64,000 bases of DNA. Origin: Mytilus trossulus. Its lineage: Eukaryota. The stretch lies in contig NC_086382.1 in the NCBI RefSeq assembly GCF_036588685.1, positions 48,236,001 to 48,300,000 of the forward strand. The letters run 5' to 3'. Below, in pieces: positions 13,591-26,972 of the stretch. The notes under the pieces were generated by a model. That model was not told where the DNA came from, did not search any database, and was given only the letters and a program-made list of their open reading frames with translations. The position numbers were made by a program, and so were the translations under genes. The first letter of the stretch is position 1, and the number at the start of each line of letters is the position of its first letter.

Positions 13591-14990
13591 TACGGGGCGC
13601 CGAATGGGACTCTTGTGGTTTTGTACAAAATTCAATTCTGTCATAACAAAATCATTTTTGTCTTACAAAACTATGTGCTACAGACTTGTTTTGTGAGAAC
13701 TTCAATTTTGTGATGACAAAATTCATTTGTGTAGACAAAATTCATTTTTGTCATTACAAAATTCATTTTTGTAGACAAAATTCATTTTTGTAGACAAAAT
13801 TCATATTTGTCATGACAAAAGTCAATTTTGTCTTAAAGGTTTGCAAATATAAACATATTTGCATACAAAATTGACTTTTGTTACCTGATATGGAAATTAA
13901 ATCACAAAAGTCAATTGTGTACGGTAAGATTCAATTTTGTGAGACAAAATTGACTTTTGTGAAACAAAATTAACTTTTGTGAGACAAAATTGACTTTTGT
14001 GAGACTAAATTGACTTTTGTGAGACAGAATTGACTTTTGTGAGACAAAATTGACTTTTGTGAGACAAAATTCAATTTTGTCATTTTTGTGGAGACAAAAT
14101 TCAATTTTGTCATTTTTGTTGAGACAAAATTCAATTTTGTCATTTTTGTTGAGACAAAAGTCAATTTTGTTAATTTTGTTGAGACAAAAGTAAATTTTGT
14201 AAATTTTGTTGAGACAAAAGTCAATTTTGTGACGACAAATTTCATTTTTGTGATTACAAAATTCAATTTTGTAACAACAAAATTGACTTTTATGAGACAA
14301 AATTGACTTTCGTGAGACAAAATTGACTTTCGTGAGACAAAAATCAATTTTGTTGAGACAAAATTCAATTTTGTTAATTTTGTTAAGACAAAATTCAATT
14401 TTGTTGAGACAAAATTCAATTTTGTCAATTTTGTTGAGACAAAATTCAATTTTGTTAATTTTGTTGAGACAAAATTCAATTTTGTCAATTTTGTTGAGAC
14501 AAAATTCAATTTTGTCAATTTTGTTTAGACAAAAGTCAATTTTGTCAATTTTGTGTAACAAAAGTCAATTTTGTGTAACAAAAGTCAATTTTGTGTAACA
14601 AAAGTTAATTTTGTGTAACAAAAGTCAATTTTGTGTAACAAAAGTCAATTTTGTGTAACAAAAGTCAATTTTGTGTAACAAAAGTCGATTTTGTATGCAA
14701 ATTAGTTCACAGAAACCAAACTAAACTAATTTAAATACAAAATTGACTTTTGTCGCTCAATTTTCAAATTAGGTAACAAAAGTCAAGTCTGTGTAACAAA
14801 AATGAATTTTGTCATGACAAAAGTGACTTTTGTCCGCTGATAGATAATTTTGTATGACAAAATTTCAAATTTGTAGTATGATACAAATTTTGTTAAACTG
14901 AACTCATTTTTGTTGAACAAAAGTCACTTTTGTCCGTACAAAATTGAATTTTGAGTACAAAACCACAAGAGTCCCATTCGGCGCCCCGTA
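13591..14990. mobile_element. Unclassified non-autonomous TIR DNA transposon (1400 bp) filled with a 20-bp minisatellite
   Basis: Perfect 36-bp TIR TACGGGGCGCCGAATGGGACTCTTGTGGTTTTGTAC. 5-bp TSD AGCTC at 13586-13590 and 14991-14995. Confidence 0.92.
13930..14695. repeat. Minisatellite with 20-bp unit (GAGACAAAATTGACTTTTGT and variants) and 30-bp derived units
   Basis: Directly visible array; each unit is quasi-palindromic (ACAAAA-n5-TTTTGT). Confidence 0.95.
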
Positions 14991-16146
14991 AGCTCTCCTG
15001 ATAGCATTTACTGATTTTGACAACAGATGTCTACAAAAATAAAGCCAACGTTCAAAAGTTATAAATCGATTGAGAGAAAACAAATCCGGTTTACAAACTA
15101 AAACCGAGGGAAACACATCAACTATATAAGAGGAAAACAACGAAACAACAGAAACACTAACAGTTGTAAGTGCAACAAAAACAAACGAGAATGCAACACA
15201 CACGGAAACCAACTATAAGATAACAACTGCCATTTACTCGATAGGTACAGTAAAAAAAACTGGACTGATGAATTCAGCCAGTATGCAAGGAATGCCGTCC
15301 ACATACAAGCAACGTTTTTTTTTTTACCCAGGATCATACTGAGGAAATGCTAGCAGAGTTGATCAACTTCAATCTTTATTTGTAGAAATTTTGAACTATC
15401 AAGCTGATGACCTCTACTTGAGTATGAACTGAAGACGATTTTATCCTGAAGACGTCAATGTTGCATTCATTTCATCAATGAGTAGAAATCGCAGTGATTA
15501 TTTTGTAAGTGTCAAATGCATTGCCATGGAGGTTTTTCAGTCGAATGAAACAAGTAAAGACTTTGGTTGAGATATATATTGCACACTAGGTGTTAATAGT
15601 ACTTCACTCGAGAGTGCTCAAGTCGTATGAAACAAGTTAAATCTTGTTTGAGAAATAGGATGTAAAACAAGTATCAATGAACCTTCATTCAAAAGTAAAA
15701 GAACACAATTAGTTTCGTAGGTTATTATTCGCGAAAATACACAACTCGCAACTAATAAGGAGCACCTGAGATCACCCCTAGTTTTTGGTGGGGTTCGTGT
15801 TGTTTATTCTTTAGTTTTCTATGTTGTGTCATGTGTACTATTGTTTTTCTGTTTGTCTTTTTCATTTTTAGCCATGGCGTTGTCAGTTAATTTTATGAGT
15901 TTGACCGCCCTTTGGTATCTTTCGACCCTCTTTTAATAACAAATCAAATGCTAATGAAAATCGTTGGCAAGCACCGTATAAGCGTTATGTATACACACTA
16001 AAATATTTGGTAGAGATTTTTTTCATTCTGTTATGCCTTGGTCAACACTTATTCGAATTGGCATTAGAAACGCGCTGTCATTAATTCGAATAAGTTAGTT
16101 CGCTTTAATTCGAATTTAACTGTGGTGTTGACGCTTTCTCAATTGT

Positions 16147-17790
16147 GAAGGAAAATTCAAAACGGAAAGTCCCTATGCAAATAGCAAAATTAAATGATAC
16201 AACAAATCAAACGAATGCATGGAGAACAACTGTTGTGATCGTGACTTGGTGCAGGCATTTTCAAATATAGAAAATGGTAGATTGAACCTGGTTTTATAGC
16301 GCTAATTTAAACCTCAGTCTCACTTGTATGACAGTCGCATCAAATTTCATTATATTTACAACGATGCGTGAACCAAACAGATATAGGTAAAATTGTCAAA
16401 ATAAGGTTAAGCAGTCATCACCGTGTCACAATCTCAATTAGAACAAAAACAAACATATATTTAACAAAGAAGCACAAAAAAAAATCGATCAAATTTAACA
16501 ACCACATTCATTGCTTACTTATATATGTATTTTAAATCAACTGTGACGTCCTGTGACTGAATGGCAAGGTTCACATCAACTCGCGTGTTTGACTTCAGAA
16601 TGTAAACTTCACACAGGAAGATATATAAAACAATTGTGTCGTTCAAAGTATTTTCAAAATTATAATAGAACAATAACATGATGGCGGGATTTTTAAAAGT
16701 AGAGCCACCGTGACGTCATTTATACCAAAGAAACACAAAAAGTCGCACATAAATAACACACCAGCAAAAATTAGAGATAGTACAAACAACACGTTAACGG
16801 GATGTATGAGTACCGAGCCACGTCAAATGGACATAACCGAAAACAGACCAAATAGTAAAAGTAATAGATCAAAGACAAATAAGAGAACTATATAACACGT
16901 TATTAAATTGATTAACAACGTCAGTACGCAGAATCTATACACCAAGACCATCATGTATTATTTGTAAGTTGATACGAAATATTTATCAACAAGGTTTTGT
17001 TACCTCCCGATGATTTTTTTTTTTTAGAAAAAGGACGAAACGTTCTTTGACATACCCCTGGTTCATCAACTTTCTGCGTAGACACTGGTGACGTTTTAAA
17101 AAGTCTGAGTGGGAGCTGCAAGCTCTTGAATATCCAAAAAGGTTGGAAAACGTGTATCTGATATGCAGGTGAAGTTGGTATATTGCTACTAAGGTGGGGG
17201 AATTATAAAAATAAAATCGTATTCTGGTACTGAGATGTGTGTGTATGCCAAATTCGAGGTATAATTATTAAAATGAGGCGGATTTCATAAAATGAGGCAG
17301 AGGATGCCGTGTCTGTTGTTTCATTAATTTGTAGGTCTGGGGGATATATCAATGGAGCCAATCAGAAAAGTTCGGATTGTTAATGGCGAAAACATCATCA
17401 GTATATCTGAAAGTGAAATTAAATAATATGGCTTCTTCGATCTTCTAATTTTTTACAAGTGGCTGAAGGAACTCTGATTCATATGAAAATTAGAAGAGGT
17501 CGACAAGGAGAGGCGAACAGTTCGTTCCTATAGGAATACCGACAATTTGTTGAAAATGTCTACCTCCAAATTCAACAAATATTTTGTTGATAAGAAACTC
17601 CAGCATACTGATCGCTTGTTTATCTGTGTTCACTAATAACAAAGTATGCCTTATGATATCCCAAAGTAATGCGTATGCTTCCATTTTTTATTTTGAAAGG
17701 CATTGTGGATTATTTCTTTCATGCGATTTTTCAATTTCACATGGGGAATGGTGGTATACAGGGTTGAAAAATCATATTTTGATAGAATTG
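16147..17790 (-). mobile_element. 5'-truncated Penelope-like retroelement: RT C-terminal remnant plus 3' region
   Basis: MLEFLINKIFVEFGGRHFQQIVGIPIGTNCSPLLVDLF, FNFTFRYTDDVFAINNPNFSDW, PHLSSNIPTSPAY and RHQCLRRKLMNQGYVKER, with stops and frameshifts. Ends in the family C repeat. Confidence 0.85.
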
Positions 17791-20751
17791 ATTTCAAAGT
17801 TCAACACTGTAATTAGATCTTTGAACATATTTTTTTATTGGGATTAATAAAGATTTTGTTATCAGTAAATAGGAAACTAAATATTATAATAATTGTTATC
17901 TACATTTGCAATGTTGCATATTCATGGATCTACAATCTGTCGAAATATGTATCTTGGCATTATATGCATTGCACAAGGTCATGTTTTACACTGACAATTT
18001 ATGGCTTCTTTACCCTAAATCCATTTGATGTTTAATGTATACTGATTAATAATTTATTTTTAGATGTATGATTATTGTATTAGTTGTAATTAGCTGTTAA
18101 CTAATTATCAGGAACTACAAGTACTCTCAGTAACTGTCCTTAGTGTCTTTTTGTTTGTTGTTGGCATTTACAAGTATCTATCCACGTCCACTCTGTTTTA
18201 GATGTGTTTTTATTTGTATCTATATACTAGTAGTTGTTTATTTCTGTGTCATTGTGGTCACTTGTGGAAAGTTGTCTCACTGGTAATCATTACACCTTTT
18301 CTTTTTTATATTATATGTTCGATTTAGTGTTTGTTTCCACTAATAAACTAAGGTGTGCCGAAAGTAAATCACATCATTGCCAGTATTATAGAATCGAATC
18401 GTAACCCCGGACAAAGTGAATGACACTCAAGGTGATGTTGTCATATAAAGTTTTGACGTACCAGTCTTCTATTTAAAATCCTAAACTTTGTGGCACTTTT
18501 TTTATCAGGTAAAATCAAGATTTAGTCCGGCGGTTTTCAGTGCTAAATTTGGAGGTAAATTTGATGCAGGATATATTTACCTTTCCGTAATTCTGATGCG
18601 CTAAACTTGCTTGTAATTTAAACATCTATGGTTGAACACAACATTACTTTCTAAGGAGTGTACAGTCTTTTTGTTGATTCTCAGTGTATTATGAAGCTAT
18701 TGCTGCATTCGAAATGAATTAGAATATAAAAAAGCAAATAAACACGAATCAAATTTCAAGGTTAACCCATTATTTCAGACTCAAATTACCCATGAATGCG
18801 ATAATTTAGAGTATTCCCTAATAGAAAGAAAGGGGCATGACGATGATCAATTTAGTCGTTACATTCCACGTCATAATTTATCAGCAATTAGCGCATTAGC
18901 ACAAAAGATAATAATTCATCCTAGACAGGCGACAAATTAATGCAATACTTTGGCATTAGCCACAATTAGCTTTGCATATTTTTCGACTAGAGTAGTTATC
19001 AAAAGACGTTCCGCGACATATATCTATGCCAAGTATACAATTTCTTAATTTTCAGTAAAAATGTGTCCCATTCTTCAAATCTGAATTCTGGTATTTGGAC
19101 TTAATTGGCTTCTGTGAGGAAATTCTCATTCAGGCGTGGGAAGATATTTTGGGAATTCTTTTTCTATATTTTATGACGAAAGTTCTGAAGTAAATTTTGC
19201 AATTAATTTGACGCCTATTTTCTCTTTAAATGATTTTACAAAAGGAATGTTTATTTAAAAATATAATCTAGAGAAAGAGAGAATCATGTACGACTATATA
19301 TTTTAAACTTTGTGGAGGTACATGAGATTTACTCTTCCAATATTTCAAAATGTATGCAATGCATTGCGCAGTTTTAGTGATTTTATTTACCTTATCAAAC
19401 GAAAGACATGTTTACAAATTAGATTCTGTCATTACAAAAAATCGAAATAAAATATTTAGGTAAGACAAACTCTTGTCTACAGAATTTTCAAATATATCTT
19501 TCATTCTGACAGTTTATTAGGTCTATGGAATTTCTACACGTTTCTTTTTCATATAAATAAATGCATCCAAGACAATTTATTTTCTACAGAATATGATTAT
19601 TTCTATTTAATAGCATTCCTCTCCTTGATTGAGTTGAAATGCAAACATTTTCCCGTAATTATTGTATCTCTTATATTCGAATTTGTTTAAGCATTACTGA
19701 TGGCTTTAGCGGATTTGTTAATCGTCTGTGTCGGCAGAGAAATTTATTTAACTAACACAAGGTTCTTTAATTAAAACAATAATGATATAATGTCAAAACC
19801 ATAGGCTCCATTAAACAGTCTGATGATATTTCTATTATTATGAATTATTATTGAGTCTAATCATAAGTGCATGGTTTCTCATAGAAAAAGAGTTGTTAAA
19901 ATGCTTTAAAAAATCAATCAATTGTTCAAAATTACACAATATGCTGAGTTTTGTGATAGACCATGCAGTCTTTTATAGGATAGAAGTACCATTGCTGTCC
20001 ATGGCGCGTTAATTATAACTTCTACAATACATCAAACGGTATGTGTTACATCCAATTTCGTTGTTTGATTTTACCAGTTGTAAAATTGTCAAACATTAAA
20101 AAAAAAACAGATTCTGCTACAAATGTGGCACCCGTCTTGATGCTCATGGTAGTACACATTCAGTAAATAGTCTAATTCGGTAGGTCACTATAATTTATAA
20201 TGTTTTAAACGATGCTAATCCGGTAGGTGTGTATAATAATCTCCATAATTTCTCCGACTATGGAAGTAAAAAATATTAATTCATGCATGCTCCGACTTTG
20301 TATATGGAAAATATGTCCAGCTCAAGATCGTCTTAATTTTATAAAGTTGGTGATTATAAATAAAATTAAAGCATTGACATATATATCACGAACACATAAT
20401 TATTCAAATATCATGACATAACACAACTGTAGACCAGGGACCGTGATTGGAATGTAACACGATTAGATGGACTATTATCGTTATTCATAAAATAAAAAAA
20501 GAATTTAAAGTTATTCTTTCTTCTAAAAGTCTGATTATTTCAAACTCAATTACTGGTCTTTAATAATCACTTCATGAAATCCTTTAGCATAATTTTGACA
20601 GCTGTGCGGCTGAAAATATTTTGACTCGGCTTTGTAAATGTCTCTGGTAAGTATTGGTCATCTGTTGGTAGCAGGACTATGTTGTGTTGATTGTTTTTCT
20701 TTTAGGACAAATGGTCTTGAATGGTAAATGTTAAGTATACTCGCTGTATAG

Positions 20752-20850
20752 GGCCGCTACAAGACAGCACTCGCATTTACAAAGTGGAAAGGACTAATAT
20801 AAGTTGCAATAATTTGTTTCTCATTCCTCTATAAATAAATATGTTTAAAT
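20752..20850 (+). mobile_element. SINE 3' fragment (same family as 48566-48818)
   Basis: gccgctacaagacagcactcgca...caaagtggaaagg.actaatataagttgcaa...aaataaatatgtttaaa matches the reverse complement of the 48.6-kb copy. Confidence 0.75.
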
Positions 20851-22382
20851 TATAGGGTTGTGTTGACCAATTTGCTGCCTTTACTCATTTTTATTCTATC
20901 TAAATATACTTCATTTTGGTCTTTTGTGGATAGTTGTCTCATTGGCAATCATACCACATCTTCTTTTTTTTATATATTCGGTGGATTATGTTTGTATGAT
21001 TTGATTGTCTTAAACGATTCTAGGATGAAGTGACAGTTTTATACTGATTTAAGCTGTTTATTGTTTATTTCATTGTCCTACTGTAATACATTGTATTTTT
21101 GAACTGCTTTGAAATTTTGCAGAAGGTTTTGTCTTAAACAAATGAATCTGCTTGATATTCAATATGGACAGGGTGGAATAGTGGTTTCATGAATTATTTA
21201 CATCATAGCTATACTTGATAAAAAGTTCAACAGTAAATGTAATTGTGAGGTTAATTGAATTTAATATAATATTTAAATATTTTTATTGTTATATATTTAG
21301 AGTTTTTCTTTTCTTATCTTAGACACAATTTTAAATAAGAATGTTGCACAATTCAGTACATGTATGAAGCCACATGACCTACATGATACAAGTATATGAA
21401 ACGGATAAACAGCTATATACGTTGTTTTTTTTTTTCTTAAAGAATAGACAAATTTTACAATTTGCGTTATTTTTTATTATGTATAAAACAATAATTTGAA
21501 TTAAACGAGTTTTATACATTTCATGTTGGTGTTACATATTATTAATATTTCATTAATAATATTTCATTGATGCATCATACTAGTTCTTTTAATATTGCGA
21601 AGACTGAATTGATGAGAGAAATTTCAAAAGTTACAGTTGACATTTGTTTGTTCCATCAAACATAAGGTCGATCTAAAAAGTTCTGTTTTACGAAATATAT
21701 AACAGATTTTGTACAAACTAAGAAATATACGTATTTAAAGGAATACGATATACTGTTGTAGGTTTAAAATACACATGATATGTGTACGTATTTGTTTGAG
21801 GTAAATCCATTAAACTGAATTCTTCAGAATAGTAGGAAGTGTCAGCAGTGTCAAATTGTGGGTATGCGGTGAAAAATAATATTAAACCTGTTTGTCGGAT
21901 TTATAATCAAATTCGCGAAAACTTGAAAGAATGAAAATCTCATATAGAATGTTGATGAACCGTATTAAAGATGTAAATAGAGAATCAAGCTGTCAATTAA
22001 TTTTTACCAAAGTTTTTACGAGTTGTTACGTTTTTTGTCTGCCGCCATTGATGACTATTGACACGTTGTTATTGGTGGAGAAGGGAAGCACGCTTCAAGT
22101 AACTTACATGACGCTTTAAACAAACTAATTTACGCCAACTTTTCCATACCTACTTTTTATGACTACAAGTTAATTAAGATACTCCTTTGTGCAATGACAA
22201 TAAAACGAAGCGAAACAAAATGATTAATTATTTCTTTGCTTTTTGTAAACTATTTTTCTTGGCCTGAAAGTTACTTTTTTGAAATGACACAGAACAAAGC
22301 TAAAAACCAGATACGTGAAAAATATTTACCTCAATATGTTCTAGTAACTGAGCGAATTTCATTTCAGATATTGTTGTTTTAA

Positions 22383-22760
22383 GGTTCCACTAAAGTCAAA
22401 ATATAGGACACTTCATAAACATCTAAACTTTGCCTGTATTTTTCAACCTATAATGAATAAAGTCATAAACTATGAGAACATATGTTCATTTAAACATACT
22501 TTATATATACACATTGTGTAAATTGTAAATAAACTTGAAATTGTTATGTTGTGGCCAAACCGGTTCTTGGGGTGAACACTAAATTTTCAAAAAAATCTAC
22601 AGGCCTGCAAGACGACTTAATTTGCTTAAAATTGGTATGGACGAATACTGTTACATGTAATGCAGTCTCATAGTTTATGACTTTATTCCTTATAGGTGGA
22701 AAAATACAGGCAAAGTTTAGATGTTTATGAAGTGTCCTATATTTTGACTTTAGTGGAACC
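22383..22760. mobile_element. Kolobok-like MITE (378 bp)
   Basis: 95-bp TIRs (22383-22477 and 22666-22760; 2 mismatches), GG...CC termini, TTAA on both sides. Confidence 0.88.
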
Positions 22761-22924
22761 TTAACAATGACGATGCTAAATTGAAGAACACAGCAATATC
22801 AGATGTTGGGCGACAATTTCATAATCCAATTTAGGACATCCGAAATATATGTTTTGAATCCCGAGATCACACTTGCAATTTTTAAACTGTGATCCCGGAT
22901 TAAAAATCGTTGTCATAAATTTTG

Positions 22925-23100
22925 TAGTTCTTTATCATGGATAAAATAGAAAGAAAAAAAGGAAATGAAGAAAAACTTATTACAAAATATTGTAATCCAT
23001 GATCATCAATTGTATAATTCTTTATCACGGGTAAAATAAGAAAAAAAACGAATATGAAGAAAAACTTATTATAGAATATTGAAATTCATGATCACAGATT
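22925..23100. repeat. Diverged tandem duplication, about 90 bp x2
   Basis: ttctttatca.gg.taaaata...atgaagaaaaacttatta.a.aatattg.aat.catgatca occurs twice. Confidence 0.7.
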
Positions 23101-23419
23101 GGATTCTTCGTTTTTCACGAATTTGAGAAATCTTTATTACAAAATTGGCAGTGAATTTTCCCAGATATAATCCCTGATTTTTGTTTTGTAGGTATGTTAC
23201 GAATTTGATACGTCAGAGAAACTTTGCATATCGTTGGATCGAATTATAGAATAAACAAGTGTACCTGATTCGCCGAAGTTTGCAAGACCACATTAAAACC
23301 GGTGGTCTCGAATTACAGGAATATGGACCAAAATTGCTACTTTGGATTTAATCCGTGACAACGAAATATAAGATTCGTAATCTCGGTTTTAGTCAAGAAC
23401 TCTGCATCTATTTTTTTAA

Positions 23420-24204
23420 CGGGAGAGATCCGTTTGCGCCAAAAATGCGTCCTTTTGCGCCACAACCTTTTTTGTCCAATGCTACGTTTGCGCCACCTGT
23501 TTTTAAATAACATGGTATCATTTGCGCCAAAAATAAAACATACGATTACGCCAATTAGAAGAAAAATAACTTCCCTCCTCCTTTATTCGGACTTGGAACC
23601 GGCAGTTTACACGGCAAATGTTTTCTTTTCTGAAACATACTTTCTTCTTACCGCCTTAATACTTTCCAATGTAATGTATGTAGCAGCTTGTAACTTCACT
23701 TTATTGTACAAAAAGACAAACATTTAAGGATGAAATGCATAAAACAGGTCATAATAATTCATGTGGAATATTTCTGTTCCATTACTGATAGATAAAGTTT
23801 TAGCCTAAACGGGTGGTGGGAACACAGCACTGTGTCATCAACATATGTGGCTAAAAAATAATCAGCAAAAGCTTCTATTTTCTTTTCTTTTTGACATATC
23901 TTGTATTAGATGATTAGCAAAGCAATAATGTTTGTCTCTCTCTGTACATGGACTTTCTAATGTACTTCAAGTCATTTCTCTCCAGATGCTCATCTTGATG
24001 GTGAAATATATCTCCGAACACATGATACTTTTCAAGCCAAACATAAGAATAAATATTAATAATTAATATTTATAATATACATGTGTACAGGTAAATTGGC
24101 GCAAATGAGTTCCGAATATTGGCGCAATTGATACATTTGGAAAACAAAATTGGGCGCAAATGATACCCCTGAAAAACAGTAATTGGCGCAAAAGGAGTGT
24201 TGCC
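23420..24204. mobile_element. Non-autonomous DNA transposon with subterminal TTTGCGCCA repeats (possibly PHIS group: ISL2EU/Spy-like)
   Basis: About five TTTGCGCCA motifs at the left end and about four inverted TGGCGCAAA at the right end. Imperfect GG...CC termini, no TSD seen. Confidence 0.7.
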
Positions 24205-24999
24205 TTTTTAACATTACAGTGTTACAGTTTTATGTGTCATTTATGTTGTACTCCAATAAACGTGCAGATGAGAGTTTTTTCATCGATAGCCTTATACATT
24301 TTTCAATTATATATTAACTCGATTTGTTTTGTTTTGTCTTAAAAATATGAATCGTTATGTTGTATTTATCTTTGAAATGTGGGTCCATAATATTGCTGAT
24401 TAATTTAATAAATTATACCTAATATTTTAGACATTCGTGACATTTCACTCACTCTGCAATGCAAGAAAGATAACCGTACCTTAAACTTTAAATGTTATAG
24501 ACAGAATAAACTAGTACAAGTTAGTCAAAAAATACCACACTTTGCATTAGATTTATTGGCTTCATGAATGGTTTTCGCATTCAATACTTCTTTTCTAAGA
24601 TGGTCAGCAGGAATCTCAATACGTTTACAACATCAAAAGTTTGGTCATTTTTCCAGACATTTTAAATGATTTGTATCATGGTCAGGCACTCGATAAAAAC
24701 AAAGACGCGTGTCTATCTACTACCTCACTCCAAGGGGTGCTCCATAAATTATTCTGCTAAAGAACAGATAAATTTTTCACGAAAGAAATAAAGTACAAAG
24801 TTACTCGATGAACTTGTATTTTTCTATCAAACGTAAAATTTTGAAATTAAATTGTAAAATGGAAATTAGGCAAACATGTATGTCAAAGATACAACAACCC
24901 GACCAAAGATTAGTTAACGAGGGCAAATCAAATCATTTTATTGGTGTAAAATCCAAATATTGGATTGTTACCAAGACAAATATAACAAATTTTTACAAT

Positions 25000-25340
25000 A
25001 AAATTGAAAATGGAATTCCGGGGGATGTGTCAAAGCGACACCAACCCGACTATAGAACAGACAACAGCAGAAGGTCACCGACAGGTCTTCAATGCAGCGA
25101 GAATTTCCCGCACACGAAGGCGTCCTTCAGTTAGCCCCTAAACAAATATATATACTAGTTCAGTGATAATGAACGCCATACTAAACTCCAAATTGTACAC
25201 AAGAAACTAAAATTAAAATAATACAAGACTAACAAAGGCCAGAGGCTCCTAACTTGGGACAGGCGCAAAAATGTGGCGTGGTTAAACTTGTGTATGAGAT
25301 CTCAACCCTCTCCCTATACCTCTAGCCAATGTAGAAACAT
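25000..25340. repeat. Interspersed repeat (family E; partial copies at 24855-24905 and 25655-25750)
   Basis: atgtgtcaaag..acaacccgac and ggcgcaaa.atg.ggcg.ggt.aaac...gagat.tcaaccctc motifs recur locally. Confidence 0.6.
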
Positions 25341-26542
25341 TCAATAACAACATTCATATTCTACGTGTATAATACTATATTTAGATGTTTTAGAGGAGGT
25401 GATACTTTTGCAAATTTGAAAGTTCAATTACAAAAATGTTTAATGCATGCAATTGTTATAAAATATATCATAACAAATATTATAAGAAAAATATAAAATA
25501 GTCAAAACTTTGGTACATCGACTAGTTTTTCTTATCAGCTAGGTTATTTTTGAAAACATATAAATCATTTGTTCCCTGTACAATAATTTTAGTTTTGTCA
25601 TACTCATTAAATGTATCAGAAATGCAAATTTTCCCTCATCAGACATTTTGGTGAAATGAGGGCAAATGGCTTCTAGCTTAGGAGAGGCGCAAACATGCGG
25701 CGAGGTAAAAACATGCATTTTGAGATTTCAACCCTCCCCATAACTCTATCCACAACACTACTTACATTAAAAATCTCTTTAAAGCTAGGAAGAAAAGAAT
25801 TTCAAGTCGGTAACAAAAGAAACTATAGTAAACAAAATGACAATGATACATAAATTAACAAAGACTATCAGCTGTTACTGACATGCAAGCTCCAGACCTA
25901 AAAAAAAAAAAAGGAATTCCAAATTACGACCTTCAACAATGAGCAACATTCATACATATAAATCTTTTTAAAATGTTAAAAGTTCTTTTCTGTATGCTTT
26001 TTTCATTAACGAGTCTTCAGTTTTCCTCCATTTAGCTCACAAGAAATGTAGCAAATCAAGAATATCCAATGGTATTTATCAGTAAGGATGCGTGACTTGA
26101 CTGTTTAATCTTGCGTCTTCGCTTATTGTTTTGTACATACAATAGGCTGTCAGTTTTTTTTTTATTCGTTTGTATATATTGTTTTAAGTTTATCAGTTCG
26201 TGTCCTTTATTGTAAAGCTTGCTGCACGTGCGGTTTTAGTTTTGCTCATACAATGACCCATATAGGTGCTTACTTCGGTATTTGGCTGTTTGGTCTCTCT
26301 TGGCAATCGTACCACATTTTTTTGTGTTTATACTATAAACATTACGGCATCAAAAGTGGGTCGGGCCGTATGTGTTGGAGGTAATTTCGCTTCTTGTTTT
26401 TCTTAACGAACGAAATAATTAGTTGAATGCTTCTTTTGTGAAAATAATAATCAGAGCAAATGCATTGTATAGGCTTTCCTTATATTTACTGAGTTTATAG
26501 AACGTCATTTTATATGATTTTGTCACAAATGAATCGTACAAA

Positions 26543-26972
26543 GGAGTAGGGCCAGTAAGGGCCGATTTTGGCTTCAAATATCAGGTTCATCTAACAAAAG
26601 TTTTTGGACACTTTTTAAACACTTAAGTGTCTATTTCAATTGATTCGATTAGTTAATGTGAAAGATTTTAACTGATTAAGTTATAAAAAACGCTCTGATT
26701 CAAGCGTAAATATGAAAAATCTATCAAATATGCAAAAAAAGGTCACATTTCAGATGGTTTATATATGTTTTGCATTATCACCAAATACAGCTTTCATTTT
26801 CAATTTTATGAATGAACACAATATGTGTGCATTGTATTGTAAAAAACAGCTCATATTTATGTAGCAGAAGCATTTTGCTTTCCAAAATATAAAAGCTTAA
26901 AGATTACATTTTCACAATTTTCAAAAAATGCTATATTTTGGTGCCAAAAAGGGGTCTTACTGAACCTACTCT
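26543..26972. mobile_element. Spy-like non-autonomous element, internally deleted copy
   Basis: TIR GGAGTAGG.CC.GTAAG...CTTACTGAACCTACTC. Flanked by AAA and TTT with no TSD. Homologous to 33993-34590. Confidence 0.8.

Noticed and set aside
13911-14598. Long overlapping ORFs (216, 182, 72 and 91 aa) of repetitive peptide
   Set aside because: They are translations of the 20/30-bp minisatellite inside a TIR element and are open on both strands.
13930-14695. CRISPR-like look of palindromic repeats
   Set aside because: No unique spacers, no cas genes, eukaryotic context.
20448-20460. TGGAATGTAA resembling the start of miR-1
   Set aside because: The match stops after 10 nt and there is no precursor hairpin.
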